Shown here: positions 1 to 14,397 of the stretch, piece by piece | Layout: the number at the start of each line of letters is the position of its first letter | Numbering within the stretch: the first letter of the stretch is position 1 | Assembly (NCBI RefSeq): GCF_004010195.1 | Contig: NC_057750.1 | Span: forward strand, 4,164,382-4,228,381 | DNA: 64,000 bases | Direction: 5' to 3' | DNA from: Chiloscyllium plagiosum | Lineage: Eukaryota | The notes under the pieces: generated by a model | Seen by the model: the letters and a program-made list of their open reading frames with translations, nothing else | The model's database searches: none | What the model was told of the DNA's origin: nothing | Translations under genes and position numbers: made by a program

Positions 1-266
1 CGAGAGGAAAGTGAGATGCTTTACCATGAAATATTAGGAGATTGTTTTGAGGTGAATAGAATGGCTTAAATTATATTAGCAATGAGGCTTTTGTGTCGAA
101 TATTGTTGCCGTTTAATAAACCTTAGTGGTTGCGGTGAATGGATCTACTGTACATGTAGGATATATCTTAGTCTCTATCTATATAAGGGAATCCTGGGCT
201 GCCTCTGTCCCCAACCCTCCTCTCACTCAGCCAAGGACATGGAAGTCCTGGGCTGCCTCTGTGTAA

Positions 267-384
267 GGGCTTCTGCCCGAAACGTCGATTCTCCTGTTCC
301 CTGGATGCTGCCTGACCTGCTGCGCTTTTCCAGCAACACACTTTCAGCTCTGATCTCCAGCATCTGCAGACCTCACTTTCTCCC
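267..384 (+). mobile_element. Family A short repeat, 5'-truncated within the hammerhead
   Basis: gggcttctgcccgaaacgtcgattctcc...ctcactttctcc. Flanked by gcctct(g/a)tgtaa at 255-266 and 385-396. Confidence 0.75.
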
Positions 385-396
385 GCCTCTATGTAA

Positions 397-830
397 ACCT
401 TTCCTATTCATATACCCATCCAGATGCTTTTTAAATGTTGTAATTGTACCAGCCTCCATCACTTCCTCAGGCAGCTCAATCCATACATGCATCACCCTCT
501 GCGTGAAAACATTGCCCCTCAAGTTTCTTTTTTCCCCTCTCACCTTAAACAGATGCCATCTAGTTTGGGCACCCCTACCCTGGAAAGAAACTTTAGCTAT
601 TCACCCTATCCATGCCCTTCATGATTTTATAAACCTCTATAAGGTCACCTCTCAGCCTCCAATGCTCCAGGGAAAATGACCCCAGTTGATTCAGTGTTCC
701 CTACAGCTCAAACCCTCCAACCCTGGCAACATCCTTGGAAATTTTTTTTTGAACCCTATCAATTTTCGCAATATCCTTCCTATAGCTGGGAAACCAGAAT
801 TGCACGCAGTATTCCAGAAGTGTTCTAACC
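397..830 (-). mobile_element. CR1 3' fragment
   Basis: Same family as 20027-20630 (cccatccagatgcttttaaatgttgtaattgtacc...). Confidence 0.8.
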
Positions 831-954
831 AAAATGGCATGGTGAAAAATTTATAAAAATGCCTGTTCTCAATGGTAAGAATGTATAGATTCCACTCCCC
901 CAGCTCTCTCGCATTTATCTCTAAGAAGTTGAAACTTTGAAGTACGCAATTGTT

Positions 955-1150
955 CCTCAACATTTTATTCTCCTTCCTCCCTTATCCTAAGTTATTCTCA
1001 AGATCCTTCCCCTCCACGTTGTTCTCCTTCCTCTTCCCCCCCCATTATTATTCTCCTTCACCTACCCATCCCTGTTGTTTTCCTTTCCCCACCTCAGCAT
1101 TATCCGCCTGCCACCCCCCGTTTCCCAATGTTCTCCCTCCCCTTGCAACC
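955..1150. repeat. Pyrimidine-rich low-complexity tract
   Basis: Predominantly C/T with repeated ttctcctt/ttccc. Confidence 0.6.
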
Positions 1151-3078
1151 TGCTGTATCCATAGTATAGAGCTGCAACCTACTCCTCATTTAGTGATGTT
1201 TCAAATGGTTAACTGAAGTATTTCCGAACGAAAGCTTGCAGCATCCTGAAGTGCATGTAAACACTTAGGCTCATGCAGACTCCCAGATTTAAGGCATCTA
1301 CTTGTATTGGCTGACTTGGTGACCTTGCCAGCAGTCCTGTAGACATGTTAATAGATGGGTTGATTGCAGACTGAGATATGAGAAACTTACTCTCACTGAG
1401 CTCAGGCTTGAATTTCAAATAGTTTGAGTCTGTGTTATTTAGTGAAGCTTTATTCCTGTTTCCACTTAAGCAACTGTTGGTTTACAGACTATCATAAAAG
1501 CTTAATATCTAACTAATTTTTAAAATTAGAACATCTCTGGAATCAGGTTTTTCTTAATTGTAAGAATTGATGGCTTCATTAGGAAAACTGGCTAGGGACA
1601 GTCTTGACTCTAAATTGAGAAACTTGAGTTTTCAGAGCAGAAATGACTCAATCACTGAAGCACCCATGGCTTAATGATTTTATCTCCCTAACTCCCCCCA
1701 TACATTCTCCCTGAGTGATTCCTGCACATGGCCTCATATCATATCTTTGCTTTTGTAATGTGAGGAATACACTGGTGGGAGAGGGTACTGGGTGAAATAA
1801 AAGATTTAGTTTAAGAGAATCCTAATTTTGTGCTTTCTCTGTGATAATGCTCCTTTCTGCTGGCTGTGTGGTTCAGGGTACAAAGTAATTGTACTTGTAA
1901 AGAGATCTTGATCTTGGCCACAGAGTTACACAAACTGAAGCAAGTGGCTGGGATGGCTGTCACACAGGGTGGTTGGCAGTTTATTCCATACCTGTCATGG
2001 TCCTGAGAATCAGCAGCAAGCCTGAAGTTTCCATGTGCTACAGGCAGAACTAGGAGGGAGAATAGCCAAGAAAAATCCAGACACTACTTAAAATATTCCT
2101 CATTTCTGTTAAACTGATACTCCAGTTGTTTTTGTCCCTTCCCAATGGTTTCTCTGCAGTATGATCTATCCCCAGCTCACCAGATCTTGAGGTCTGACCG
2201 CTGTTGCTGTGATCTATAGTGCCAAGATAATGTGGCTGATAAAAGTTGAAAATTCACCTAATTTACCTTACAAGGTTGGATTAAGAAGCCATGAACAGTA
2301 CTATAACAACTGTTGTTGTATGAAATAATGCAAGACGCAGCTTTTAAGTTTCTGATAGCAAACCTTTCTTGAGGATCTGAGGTGAAACTTGTCTGTGTTT
2401 AGTGTAAACTCTATCTTGGTCTCTTGTCTGTGCAAATGTGCTGATAGCTCTGCTTGATGCAGCTTGAAAAAAATGACAGCCAGTGTCTGACAGTGGTGGA
2501 TGAAATCCCATCTAACAGACGTGTGAGAGCTGTGTGCACTTGCCCCTTAGAGCTTTGTAACCGTACCCAACCCTCTGTGGGCAGCAGCTGGCCTCCGGTT
2601 CCTGCTGCTAGCATCTGGAACTCACCAACTTTCAAGTTGACAAACAGTTTGCAGCTTTAGTGTCGGAATGTACCACATCAGCTTGTTTTTTTTTAAAGAC
2701 TCCATAAAGGTAATGTTTTCAAGGCTGCATTGTTAAGTCTCAGTTTTGTGAATCACTAACTGCTAAGTGTTTGTAGATTCATGCTATTATCTTTGTTTAT
2801 ACAAACCAGGGAAAGAAGTCCATCCGCTGCATTGATATAGTCTTCCCTTTCTGTTGAAGTTAGTCAATGTTGCCATACAGTCCTTGGTTTATTTGAGCCT
2901 TCTAGCATGAGCTGGCCTCCATGTTAGTATAAATAGGCCACTATGTTCTCTTGGCTGCCTTACTGCAGAATATAAGTGAACCATTGTTTCTGTACTGCTC
3001 GTGCATGCAGTAAAGCTCCTCCCAGTAGATCTCTGCACCATTCAAAAGAGAGTGAGCAAAACACCAATTTCTAATGTT

Positions 3079-3281
3079 GGGCGACAGTGAGGACTATAGG
3101 TGCTGGAGATTAGAGTCGAGAGTGTAGTGCTGGAAAAGCACAGCAGGTCAGGAAGCATCCGAGGAACAGGAAAATTGACGTTTTGGGCATTTCAGTCTTT
3201 TGCCCGAAACGTCGATTTTTTTTTCCTGCTCCTCGGATGCTGCCTGACCTGCTGTGCTTTTCCAGCACCACATTCTTGACT
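3079..3281. mobile_element. Family A short PLE-derived inverted dimer
   Basis: The two arms are reverse complements meeting at about 3190. Perfect 14-bp TSD caatttctaatgtt at 3065-3078 and 3282-3295. Confidence 0.85.
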
Positions 3282-6200
3282 CAATTTCTAATGTTATGAT
3301 TAAAATTCAGCCAATTTCTCTTTTTGCTGCAACAACCTGAAGTTTGTTTCCTGTTGACTATTATTCATTGCTGTAACAGCCCCTTTTGAGAAGGATTTTT
3401 CAGTCTAGCTGTTTACTTTGTAAACAGTATTGGAAAATAAGGCATGAACTAATCCTGATGTTTGTAATTTAAATGAGAGTAATTTAAATGATGTAGCTGT
3501 TTCTCTATGCACAGCCCTATGATTTTGAATCCTTCTTTAAACTGTAATAAAAACAGAATGCAGGAAATGCACAGCAGGTCGGACAGCATGTGTGTACAGG
3601 GAAGGTTAGCATTTCAGGCTGATGGCCTTTTATCAGAACTGAAAGGTGACATAGCTGAGGCATTAACTTTTTTTTCCACAGTTGCTGCCTGCTCTGAATG
3701 TTTTTAACATTTTCTGACGGATTCTTGATCAGGAGGGGAATTGAGGATGATTGGGAAAAGACAGGAAAGTGGATATGAGGAATGTCCATCAAACATGAAC
3801 CTGTTGAATGGCAGAGCAGGTTCGAGGGACTGAATGGCCTACTCCTGTTCCTATTTCTTATGGGCTAGTTTTTATCTCAGATTTGCAAAGATTAATTTTA
3901 AACTGTGCTGTTTGTGAGGTTTCTGAATACTTTTTTTCACTTCACCATTTTTAGCATGGTATATATTTGGTGTGGGCTAATGCATAATTATGATGTGGGC
4001 ACCACAAGGCATGCAAAGTCAGAACGAAGTGGGTTTCCTGCTCAGTACGTCAGTGCAGCAACTCAAGTTCCATCTAGTGGTAGAAATGTGCGGTCACATG
4101 TGTGACGGGTAGCCTTAACAGAATGATCCTATTGAATTGTGACTTGGAGGCATGATGGTATAATGAGACATACATAATTTATTATGGGATCATAATCGTC
4201 ATGGTGAATGTTATGGCAATAATGCAGCTTTGAACATGGAAGTTTTTCAATGGTTTGCAGTAGGTTGAGTCAGGATTTGTTCCAGAGTCTTCAGGAAGGA
4301 GGATATTATTAATTTAAGGTCGGGAAAGTAATTTTCCTAAACTAATGACAGAATGATGCTGCAGCAGATATCCAAACTAGGATGTGGACCAACTAATTGA
4401 AGAGGACCAGGGTAAAGGCTGTACTGTAGCTTGAAGTTTGCTACTGTGGCTACATTAAGGGTTCTTGGTGTTTAAGCATGAGGAATTTTACAAACTGAAT
4501 ACTCAAAAGTAAATTCGTACATACTTCATGTTAAGTATTACCAATTATGTGGTTTGAGTTAGGATTATACTGTGGAAACATAATTGAAAGCAATGTTCAT
4601 AAATTGGAACCTGGTATTTTCCTTCAGTAAATCTGCTTTTGTATTGTGTTGGCAAAGCTTCATTACTAATGCATAGAGGAGCGCGAATGAGATGCCTTGG
4701 GGCAGTGGGGGTGGGAATGCTGACACACAGCAAGAGTACAGCATCTCTGCTGCTTTATGAAATCTAATCGCTTTATTTGACATAGCATTTCTCTATCAGA
4801 TTCACTTAAACAGTTTTACTCCTGAGAAGGCGTGCTCTTTATTGATTTAAACTAGGGGCTATTTAGCAAGGTAATGTGTTGGATTCTACTGCATTATGGA
4901 GGGTATTTGGTGTCAGGAAAGTAAGCCTTGTTATTTTGAGAGTGAATGTTTACACAAACGACTGTAATTTTCTTACTGAAATTGTTTCTGGTTTAGTAAT
5001 TGAGGTGAAGTGCAGGGTTCGGTGGGTTGTTGTCTCTTTGTCCTGTGTAGAGTGGCAGTGCCTTTATCTGCAACAGACCACAATGTGTGACACAATTTCA
5101 GTTAAGTGTTTTTGATGTTCCAGTCTTTTGAATGCAGGGTTTAACTGATTTATAGCCATTCCTGACTAACATTGCAGTTTTTCCAATTTTTAAACAAATG
5201 CTGGAAATCAGAAACAAGAACACAAATTGCTAGAAAATCTCAGCAAATCTGGCAACATCTGTGGAGAGAAAGCAGAGTTAACATTTCAGATCCAGTGATC
5301 CTCCTTCAGAACGGCTGGAGTTCCGATCTGATGTTCCCTGTGTCCACTTTCCTGCCCTTATCCCATGACCCTTGATTTCCCTTATGGGTCCAGAATCTAT
5401 CTTTGATATACACAAGGACTCTGTCCCCCCCAGCTCTCCATGACAAGAAGTTCTAAAGGCACTCAACACTTGGGGCATGGGGAGAGAAAGAATACTGAAT
5501 AAGTTTCTCCTAACTAGCCAGGCATAGCTGTTTGGCTGTTTGCCATGTTTAACTCTAGCACCAACCCTAAATCTCCTGACATCATGTCGTCATAATCAAT
5601 GTTTAGTGTTTGTTGGGTACTCTTACACTAAATAACACGCTTTTAGTTTTAAAGTTGTCCAGTTATTAGACAAACATTATTGTATTTCACTGACTGGGTG
5701 CAATTGAAAGTTTCTTCAGACACATATGTGAACAGCTGAAGTCGATCAAGCACTAAGATATGGAGCAAGGTTTGTAACATTGATGCTGGGCATAATATCG
5801 GTCTCAACTGTGACAGTGACAGTGAGAGTTGAATAGAAACCATTTGTTTCCCTAAAGTTGATGAGGGAAAATCAGATGAGTTTCCTGAGAGCTGCTGTAT
5901 ATTTGATATTAATAATATCTTTCACAAAGATTTACAGAATTGTAATCCACCAATGTGGGAACCATGCCAAAGATTCTGTATAAAGCAGTGCAGCTCTGCT
6001 GGCTGAAATGATTGGCTCCTTCCCTGTAGATTAAAATGTTGGGTTTAAATCTTATTTTTGTTCCTACTGGACTTTCTTTCATGATGAAAAGGAGGATTTG
6101 GTGAAAGACACTTAATTTTAAATTCTGCTTCCTGTCATTGTGTCACACCCTGGTTCAGCAATCCATGTCCGTACTGATCTGATGGGCCGAATTTCAGCCT

Positions 6201-8032
6201 TTTATAATTTTCTGTGGCTACTTTGATGCTCTCCAGCACACTTCAAACTTCAACTTGCACCCACAATGTTTTGCTGGGCATCTTAAGACACTTCACTTTG
6301 GTGCCTTGAACCAGTTTTAACCATGAACCTTGGCAGGCTATTCAACTGCAGACACACTGCTACTGAATCCAGCCATGTTCAGCAATATGTATTTCCATTG
6401 GAGTTGCTGTCCACAGATTTCGAACAGGCCTGACCTGATTTTCTTCACTTCCACGATTTAACTCCTGGTTCCAGAGCCAACTGTAGTGATTCGGTTTCGA
6501 CTGGAACAAACAGGATTCTCCTGATTTAAAGGTGGGCCTGGTGCTTGCTGGTCAATGTGTAAGTGATTAAAATGGTGCAGGAAAGGATTATTATATTACT
6601 GACTCGTCAATATTTGTTGATATAAGCTTAACCTGCATTGAGTGACCATCAGCTCATTGGACGCTGCCTGACTGGCTGTGCTTTTCCAGCACCACACTCT
6701 TCGACTCTGATCTCCAAAATCTCCACTTTGTCCCGATTTTATATAAGCACTCAATTCCTGAAAATCTCGACCAGTGTAAAATAAATCACTGTTAAAATAT
6801 ATGTAAATAACTGAACAAGCTCGTTCAATGTTTCTTTTTTAAAAGTTAAAATATATTTGGCAGGTTACATGGTCAAAACACTTGGCCTTTTGCCAGATTG
6901 CAACCTCCCTTTGATTCCGAAACCATACCTCTGTTAATCTGTGACTCATTTGGTGATTAATCTACGAAACTCTTTTTACTGTTCACTCTGTGTATTTTCA
7001 GTAACTAGAGTGTTCAGCCTGCTGGTGTTGCAGCCAAAGAAATTGGTGCAGGCCTGAGCATGCAGTATTCATGGCAATATTCTGTAGTTTATTCGATTCC
7101 ACTGTCCATGATGCAGCTTGGTATGTTGCCAGAGTTGATCGGTTGGGTAAAGGATGGGTTGGTAGTTGCCTGTGGTGATCACCACAAATTTGTGTTATTT
7201 CACGACCAGCTGTCACTTATCAAAGGTCACCTTGGATTTCACTATTAAATACATGCTGCGTTTTCTTTAGAAAAGAAAAGCAAATTTTCTGCAAGGTCAA
7301 GAGAAAGTGGAGTGTTTTAGACTGTTAAGCTGATGGTCACTCAACGCAGATATATGTTTTAACGGATTAGCTGAAACGTAATCACCAGCATAAAAGAGCA
7401 GGCAAGATTGTTCCTTTGGAGCCTTGCCAAATGTCTGTAATGCTTGGGGTGAAGGTGACTTTTCACAAAGACTATTTTCTCTTCTTTAGTTTCACTCCAC
7501 CTGGCCTCTTCTTCTGAGAGAATTCTGCTTTAGCCAGCCAGCAGTCAATAAAGCAGACACCCAAAACCTGAATTGTGACAACAGGATGATTATTATCAGG
7601 GATTTCCACCCACTGTCATTCTCCAATTTGAAGTCTTAAAATTATTGAACCCAGGACAGTTCAATGACAGACATTTATGTGGAACTTATGATGTGACCAA
7701 CTGAGAGGAGTGGGCAGAGTCCACTCTGAAATATTGTTTCAAGCTGTCTCTGATTTTTGCAACACAGTTGTAACACTACATTTGCCAGGAACATCGTGCT
7801 GGAACAAAGGTGCTACTGTAGTACTGACTGAGAGATGCTGTATCCTTTAAGATTTGCTGTCTTTTAATACCCAATTTCCAGATGCTGTGCCAAGCTGAAT
7901 CTCGTTGTTCATTGACAGTGAAATTCAAGGAGAACAAAGATTGAACAGTGAAGTGTTTATCATTAAGTGGGGAAAATTAATGTAACTAATCCACTGGAAT
8001 ATAGAGTATCTGTCTTTCCAAGTCCTGGTTAT

Positions 8033-8371
8033 ATCATAGAATCATAGTGTGTAGTGTGGAAACAGGCCCATCGGCCCAACAAGTCCACACTGACCGCTGA
8101 AGAGTAACCCACCCAGACCCATTCCCCAACCCTATTATTCTACATTTATACCTACACATCCCTGAACACTGTGGGCAATTTAGCATGGTCAATCCACCCT
8201 AACCTGCACACCTTTGGACTGTGGGAGGAAACCGGAGCACCCAAAGGAAACCCGCGCAGGCACAGGGAGAATGTGCAAACTCCACACACAGAGTCGCCCG
8301 AGGCTGGAATCGAATCTGGGACTCTGGCACTGTGAGGCAGCGGTGCTGACCACTGAGCCATCATGCCGCCC
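8033..8371 (-). mobile_element. HE1-type tRNA-derived V-SINE
   Basis: tRNA-like head with A/B boxes, V-domain ggagtttgcacattctccc..ggtttcctcccacagtccaaa, and CR1-like tail gggcctgtttccacact. Confidence 0.88.
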
Positions 8372-9809
8372 CTGTGCAGTTACGGCAAGATGGAGAGTGA
8401 GATGATAGGTGGCCATGAGCTCACAACAACTATCTCAACATCTCCATGACCTGAATCTTGGCTGCAAAAACTGTATTTCACTGAAAATTATATTTATCAT
8501 TTTCAAATTGCATGTGTTGCTCTCTCCTTAAGTTCCACACCAAACCACACCACCCTGACTTTGAAATATTTTGTAGTTTCTTCACTGTCATAGATCCAAA
8601 TCCTGGAACTGCCATCCCAGCAGCACATGGACTGCAGCAGCTCAAGAAGGTGTTTGTCACTGTATTCACAAGGGCATTTAGGATGGGCAATATAAATGCT
8701 GATGTTCCCATCAATGATCATCCCTGAAAGAATGAGTGCTGAAAGAATGAGTGCTGCAAATGTTAAGTGTTCTATCACAAAGCAAAGTTGTGGTCAACAG
8801 CATAATTACATTTAAGTGGGAAATGAATTAGTACATGAAGGAGCAAAGAATAGAAGGCTGTGCTGGTGGGATAAGCTGAAAAGAGATGGTCAGAAGTTTG
8901 TGTAGAACACATGCTGGCGTCAAATGGCCTGTATAGTAAGCTGTGGAATTCTGTACAAAGTGTAAATGTTCAGGGAAAACTTTTTTATTGCAATTTGCCT
9001 ATTGGTTAAAAGGGTTTTACTGTGCCATTATGGTGAAACAGTAAAGGCTACTTTGTTTCAGATTTTCTGATTTTAAAGCTGCCAGTTCTTGTTTCTACAC
9101 TTCCTGATGTCCGACGATGGAGAGCCACTCTTTCAGATGAAATAAATGGGCCTTCTCTCCCTGTTGAAGTGAATGCACAAGTTCCTTCGACACTGTTTGA
9201 TAAGGATCAGATGCCTCTTCGGTCCAGGCAATGTTCTTGGCTCATCCAACACTCCCAGCAAATGGGCTCGTTGTTCTCCTTTTCTAACTGAGAGATCTTG
9301 TATCAAATTGGCTGCTGCATTTACCTACCTGATGATAGCTACTGCACCCCAAAGAATTAATTTGTTGTAGAAGCCTTTGGCCCATCCTGGGAACATGACG
9401 ACACAACACTCTGCTTCATTTTTTAATATTTGGACCGCAATGGAAAAGTAAATCAGAAACTTCAGATCAACCTTGTAACTTTTCTATTTTTACGTCTGAC
9501 ATCTCTTTTTGGAGTGCAGTTGTACTGTCATTACACATTTGCTGTTAGTGTCAGTATAATTCTGAAGCAATGCTTGAGACTCGAGAGTACAGAATCACAG
9601 AGGTCAACTTGACACAGACCACAGTAGAGCAGGAGTGCAGTGTCAAATCTATTTTATGAAGGATTCCATTTTCACATTATGAAGGGCTCCTGAATGCTAC
9701 TGGAGCAGACTACCGTTTTGATGTTTTTGAGTGTCAATGTTCCTGTCTGCTCAACACCTTCTATAGTAGGTGCTGCATTCATGTTTGTTACTGTTAAACT
9801 GCAAATCCA

Positions 9810-10895
9810 GAGGTGAGGGTAGAGTGACAGTCCTTGATATCAAGGAGCCCTAACAAAACTGGAATCAATGGGTATCGGGGTAAACTTTCCACTGGTTGCA
9901 CTCCTCCCTGGTACAAAGGAAGGTAGTTGTCATTGTTGGAGGTCAGTCATCTCAACTCCCAGGACATGTCTGCAGGAGTTCCTCAGGGTAGTGTCCTCGG
10001 CCCAACCATCTTCAGCTGCTTCATCAATGACTTTCCCTGCATCATCAGGTCAGAAATAGGGATGTTCATTGATTGTACAACATACAGCACCATTTCATGA
10101 CTCCTCAGATACTGAAACAGTCCATGTCCTAATGCAGCAAGATCTGGACAATGCCAGGCATTGATCATCTCCAATAACAGACAATCTAACCAGCACACCT
10201 TGATATTCAGTGGTGCCGCCACCACTGAATCCCACACCACTAACATCCTTGACCAGAAACTCAACTGGACTGCCACATAAACACAGTGGTACAAAAGCAG
10301 GTCAGAGACTAGGAATACTATGGCAAGTAACTCCCCTCTTGCCATCACAAAGCCTGTCTATCATCCACAAGGCACAAGTCAGGAATGTGATGGAATACTC
10401 AGCCCTTGCCTGGAAGGATGCAACTCCAACAACACAAGAAGCTTGACACCATCCAGAACAAAGTAGCCAACTTGATTGGCACCACATCCACATGCATCCA
10501 CTTCCTCCATCACCAATGCTCAGTAGCAGAATTGTTTATCAATCTACAAGATGCTCTGAAGAAATTCACCAAAGATCATCAGGCAGCACCTTCTAAACCC
10601 ACGACCGCTTCCAACTAGAAGGTCAAGGGCAGCAGATACATGGCAACACCATCCCCTGCAAGTGGCCTTCCAAGCCACTCACCATCCTGACTTGAAAATA
10701 TGTCACCATTTCTTCAGTGTTACGAGGTCAAAATCCTGGAATTGCCTCCCTCAGGGCATTGTGGGCCAACTTACAGCATATGGACTGAAGTGGTTCAAGA
10801 AAGCAGCTCACCACCACCACCACCTCAAGGGCAACTAGGGACCAGCAGTAAATGCTGGCCAGCCAGCAACACCCATGTCCGACTTATGAATTTAA
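9810..10895 (+). mobile_element. CR1/L2-group LINE RT and 3' end; related tails at about 8590-8720, 32900-33240, 37860-38225 and 38860-39240
   Basis: GVPQGSVLGPTIFSCFIND, KAGQRLGIL, KAQVRNVMEYS..W. The tail gtggttcaagaaagcagctcaccaccac...gggcaactaggg recurs elsewhere in the window. Confidence 0.75.
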
Positions 10896-12240
10896 AAATA
10901 CACTTTTTCTAAATTGAATGTTAGATTTGCACCCAGGCAATATTGTATGTGCAAAGTGCCACTGATTGGGCGTTGATCCAATTACTTTTTAGTCTCAAAG
11001 TACTTGGCAGAAATATTAGCCCTGATATATGAACAGTTATGCAGTGAGTTTGATTTGTCTGCTGCTTTTCAAACTGGGTCTGGGGCAATTCCCAAATCAG
11101 CTGATTTTGGTTTTGATCTGTACAGAAACATTTCTCCCTCAGCTGATCAAAAGTTAATCATAATTAAATTTTCACCTCTCTGTGAACACCTTTTTATCAT
11201 TGTTTAACCCATTCTCCTTAATTATCTAACTGAAGTGGTGGAGTTGAGAACCCCCAGTTTAATCCTTTGTGGGGGAGGACAATAGTTACACCAATGCACT
11301 ATGGAAACAGGCAAATTGCAGTGAACACTGTACCTTCTGTTTAACAGTAATCTATTTTGAATGACCATCGTGGGAATGCCTTGTGCTTGGCAGAAGATAA
11401 TAACTGCACTCGTGGTTATTAAAGTAAGAAATATTACCAATTTGTGCAAAATAGCCTTAGTTTAAAATGGTCCCTGTTTGAATCTAGTTTTCGTATGGAA
11501 AAATAACTGTCACAGTGACTCTGTTAGCAGACAATCCTGGATGAATAACGCAAGTTCAAATCCTACTCTGAAAGTAGAGGAATTTAAATGAATCCAATAA
11601 ATCTATAATTGGGTTTTAAAAAACTGGTATCGGTGTTGGTAACTGGGAAATTTTAAGATTGTTGTATAAACCTATCTAGTTTGTTAATATCCCATTGGGA
11701 AGGAGAACTGCCATCTTTACATGGCCTGGCCTGCATGTGTCTCCAGACCCATAGCTCTCAGCTGATCGCCATCTTATTGATGGAATTATGGGTGAGAGTT
11801 AATACTGACCTTGCCAGCGACACCCACATCCTGTTTATGAATGATATGATGGGAAATTGCTCTCACTGGATTGTGTTTCAATAGTTGGTGTGAGAGTTTT
11901 GTTTGTCGCCAAAATAGTCCTTCCTCTCGTCGTAGCTGAGACAGTACGTGTAATAAGCTATATTGTCTGACTACCAAAGGCATAGCGCACTCATTATTAT
12001 AATTTTATTGATGCACATTATGGTGAAAACTCTGCCTGATTTGTTCCTCTCAAAATTCCTCTTTAAACTAGTTAGACAGATTTTAAATTGATACTGTATT
12101 TGAGCATCCTTTTTAGTTCCAATTCTTCCTCCAGGATTCAGTGTTAAATCCTGTGTTGTAGTGTTGTAGTGTTCAGTGTTCAGTGTTGTAGTTATGGTAC
12201 ATTCCTAACCAGCTGAAGAAAAATGCTTCTGATCATTTAC

Positions 12241-12550
12241 GGGTGGCACTGTAGCACAGTGGTTAGCACTGCTGCCTCACAGCGCCAGAGACCCGGGTTC
12301 AATTCCCGCCTCAGGCAACTGTCTGTGTGGAGTTTGCACATTCTATGCGTGAGTTTCCTCCGGGTGCTCTGGTTTCCTCCCACAGTCCAAAAATGTGCAG
12401 GTTAGGTGAATTGGCCATGCTAAATTGCCCATAGTGTTAGGTGAAGGGGCAAATGTAGGGGAATGGGTCTGGGTGGGTTGCGCTTCGGCAGGTCAGTGTG
12501 GACTTGTTGGGCCGAAGGGCCTGTTTCCATACTGTAAGTAATCTAATCTA
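12241..12550 (+). mobile_element. HE1-type V-SINE
   Basis: Same structure as 8033-8371, with (taatc)n tail. Confidence 0.88.
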
Positions 12551-13884
12551 AAAATCAATGAGGCAGTGTGTGTGTATTCTCCACTTCATGTAATTGAAGC
12601 CTTTTTTTTCCTTGCAACTTGTCTTCGTGATTGCACTTGTGTCTTCATCTCAAGGTATTACTACCAATGAGTATCGCAGCCTGAATTCGCCCACTAGTGC
12701 CAGTGATTGTCTGGCTCTTTGTGTAAATGTCAAGAGGTATTGGGGCTATAAGGTTTAGACTAGGACACGATATCCAGGCGATGAACCATGACTGGCGCCA
12801 GTCACCAGAAAAATGTGTACCCCCATCCCTCCTCCCGGCCCGAGTAGTTTTTTGAATGTATTAAATTCACCTCCATTCCTGCTAAAAGCTGTAATTGTTT
12901 GAGTTTGGCTGACGTGCATTATACATAGCAAGGATTAATGAAGATGCAAAATACTAATGGCATGGAGAAGCCCAAGAGTTTCAGTTGGGATGAGATCTTG
13001 CTCTGTGGCATTTACTGGATAATTTTAGGATTGCAGATTTTGTTTTTGTACATTAGCCCTTTGGAGGGCCATTACTTTGTGATCTGTTCAAGCCCTGAGT
13101 GGTAATCAGTGCCTGTTGGATGATTGCATGATGCTGAATGTAGCTGAAGCATTCTGACGTGGGTTATGAACAGAAGTGAAGTGTAATGCGAAAAGAAAAC
13201 CTGATATTAAACATTTGAAATTTTAATGCTACAGGGTGGATGTGCTTTATCTACATGCTTGAAAACAGAAAAGGCCTTTTTCAGAAGAATAGGACCCAAA
13301 TAGACCTGTATTTGACCAAAGTGTATCCAAAAATTCAAACATGTTCCTTATCCAAAAAACAGTTGGTCCCGAAACTTTTGGGTAAAGGACATCCAACCCT
13401 CTATTTCCATCTGAACTCAAGAAAAATCTGCCTGCATATTTTTTTAAAATTTATCTCCCAAACTTAGATTGTACTTGGAGATGCAAGTTTCAGAGCTTGC
13501 AAACAGTAGGCTGAAGGTTGCAAAAATATCAAAGTTATAAAGTTTAATGATTTATATGAAATGCTTGTTCTTTTCCTTATCATTTAAGTGTGGTACACAA
13601 AGCTAGTGACTACTGGAACCTGAAATAAAATAGAAAATTAGCACCAAGTTGGAGCAAAAATATTTGTGGAAGCAATTTAGGTTTTGGGAGAGTAATGTTT
13701 GTTTGTCACCTTCGCTTGTTTGCATTGGCCTCTTTATCTGAGAGAAAAGTCAAAGACGTGCATTCCTATCTGCCTGTAATTCTGCGGAGATAAAGGAACT
13801 GTTTTTAGCAGCAGGTCATGACAAAAAATTGCTTTCTTACAACCAAAAGTGCAAAAACTTCAAATACAGAAGTGTTTGTGCAAG

Positions 13885-14397
13885 AGTTAAAAATCACACA
13901 ACACCAGGTTTAATTGGAAGCACTAGCTTTCGGAGCGCTGCTCCTTCATCAGCACTTTGTGGGCGGCATGGTGGCACAGTGGTTAGCACTGCTGCCTCAC
14001 AGTGCCGGAGACCCGGGTTCAGTTCCCGCCTCAGGCGATTGTCTGTGTGGAGTTTGCACATTCTCCCCGTGTCTGCGTGGGTTTCCTCCGGGTGCTCCGG
14101 TTTCCTCCCACAGTCCAAAGATGTGCAGGTCAGGTGAATTGGCCATGCTAAATTGCCCGTAGTGTTAGATAGGGGGTAAATGTAGGGGTATGGGTGGGTT
14201 ATGCTTCGGCAGGTCGGTGTGGACTTGTTGGGCCGAAGGGCCTGTTTCCACACTGTAATGTAATGTAATCTAATCATAGTAATCTAATCTAATCACTCCG
14301 AAAGCTAGTGCTTCTAATTAAATCTGTTGGACTATTACCTGGTGTTGTGATTTTTAACTTTGTACACCCCAGTCCAATACGGGCACCTCCAAATCAT
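13885..14397. mobile_element. 'Family B' hammerhead-bearing inverted dimer, interrupted by a SINE
   Basis: Left arm 13885-13952 in reverse complement reads CTGATGA-aggagc-agc-gctcc-GAAA-GCTA-gtg. Right arm 14294-14397 is the forward copy. Confidence 0.75.
13961..14293 (+). mobile_element. HE1-type V-SINE inserted at the centre of the family B dimer
   Basis: Full length and CpG-rich (young), with (taatc)n tail. Confidence 0.9.

Noticed and set aside
8727..8756. Short tandem duplications (also about 12152-12191, 41223-41247, 47432-47500)
   Set aside because: Ordinary slippage repeats with no further structure.
13961..14035. tRNA gene
   Set aside because: This is the tRNA-derived head of a HE1 SINE and continues into the V-domain and tail. 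The same applies to the other copies.
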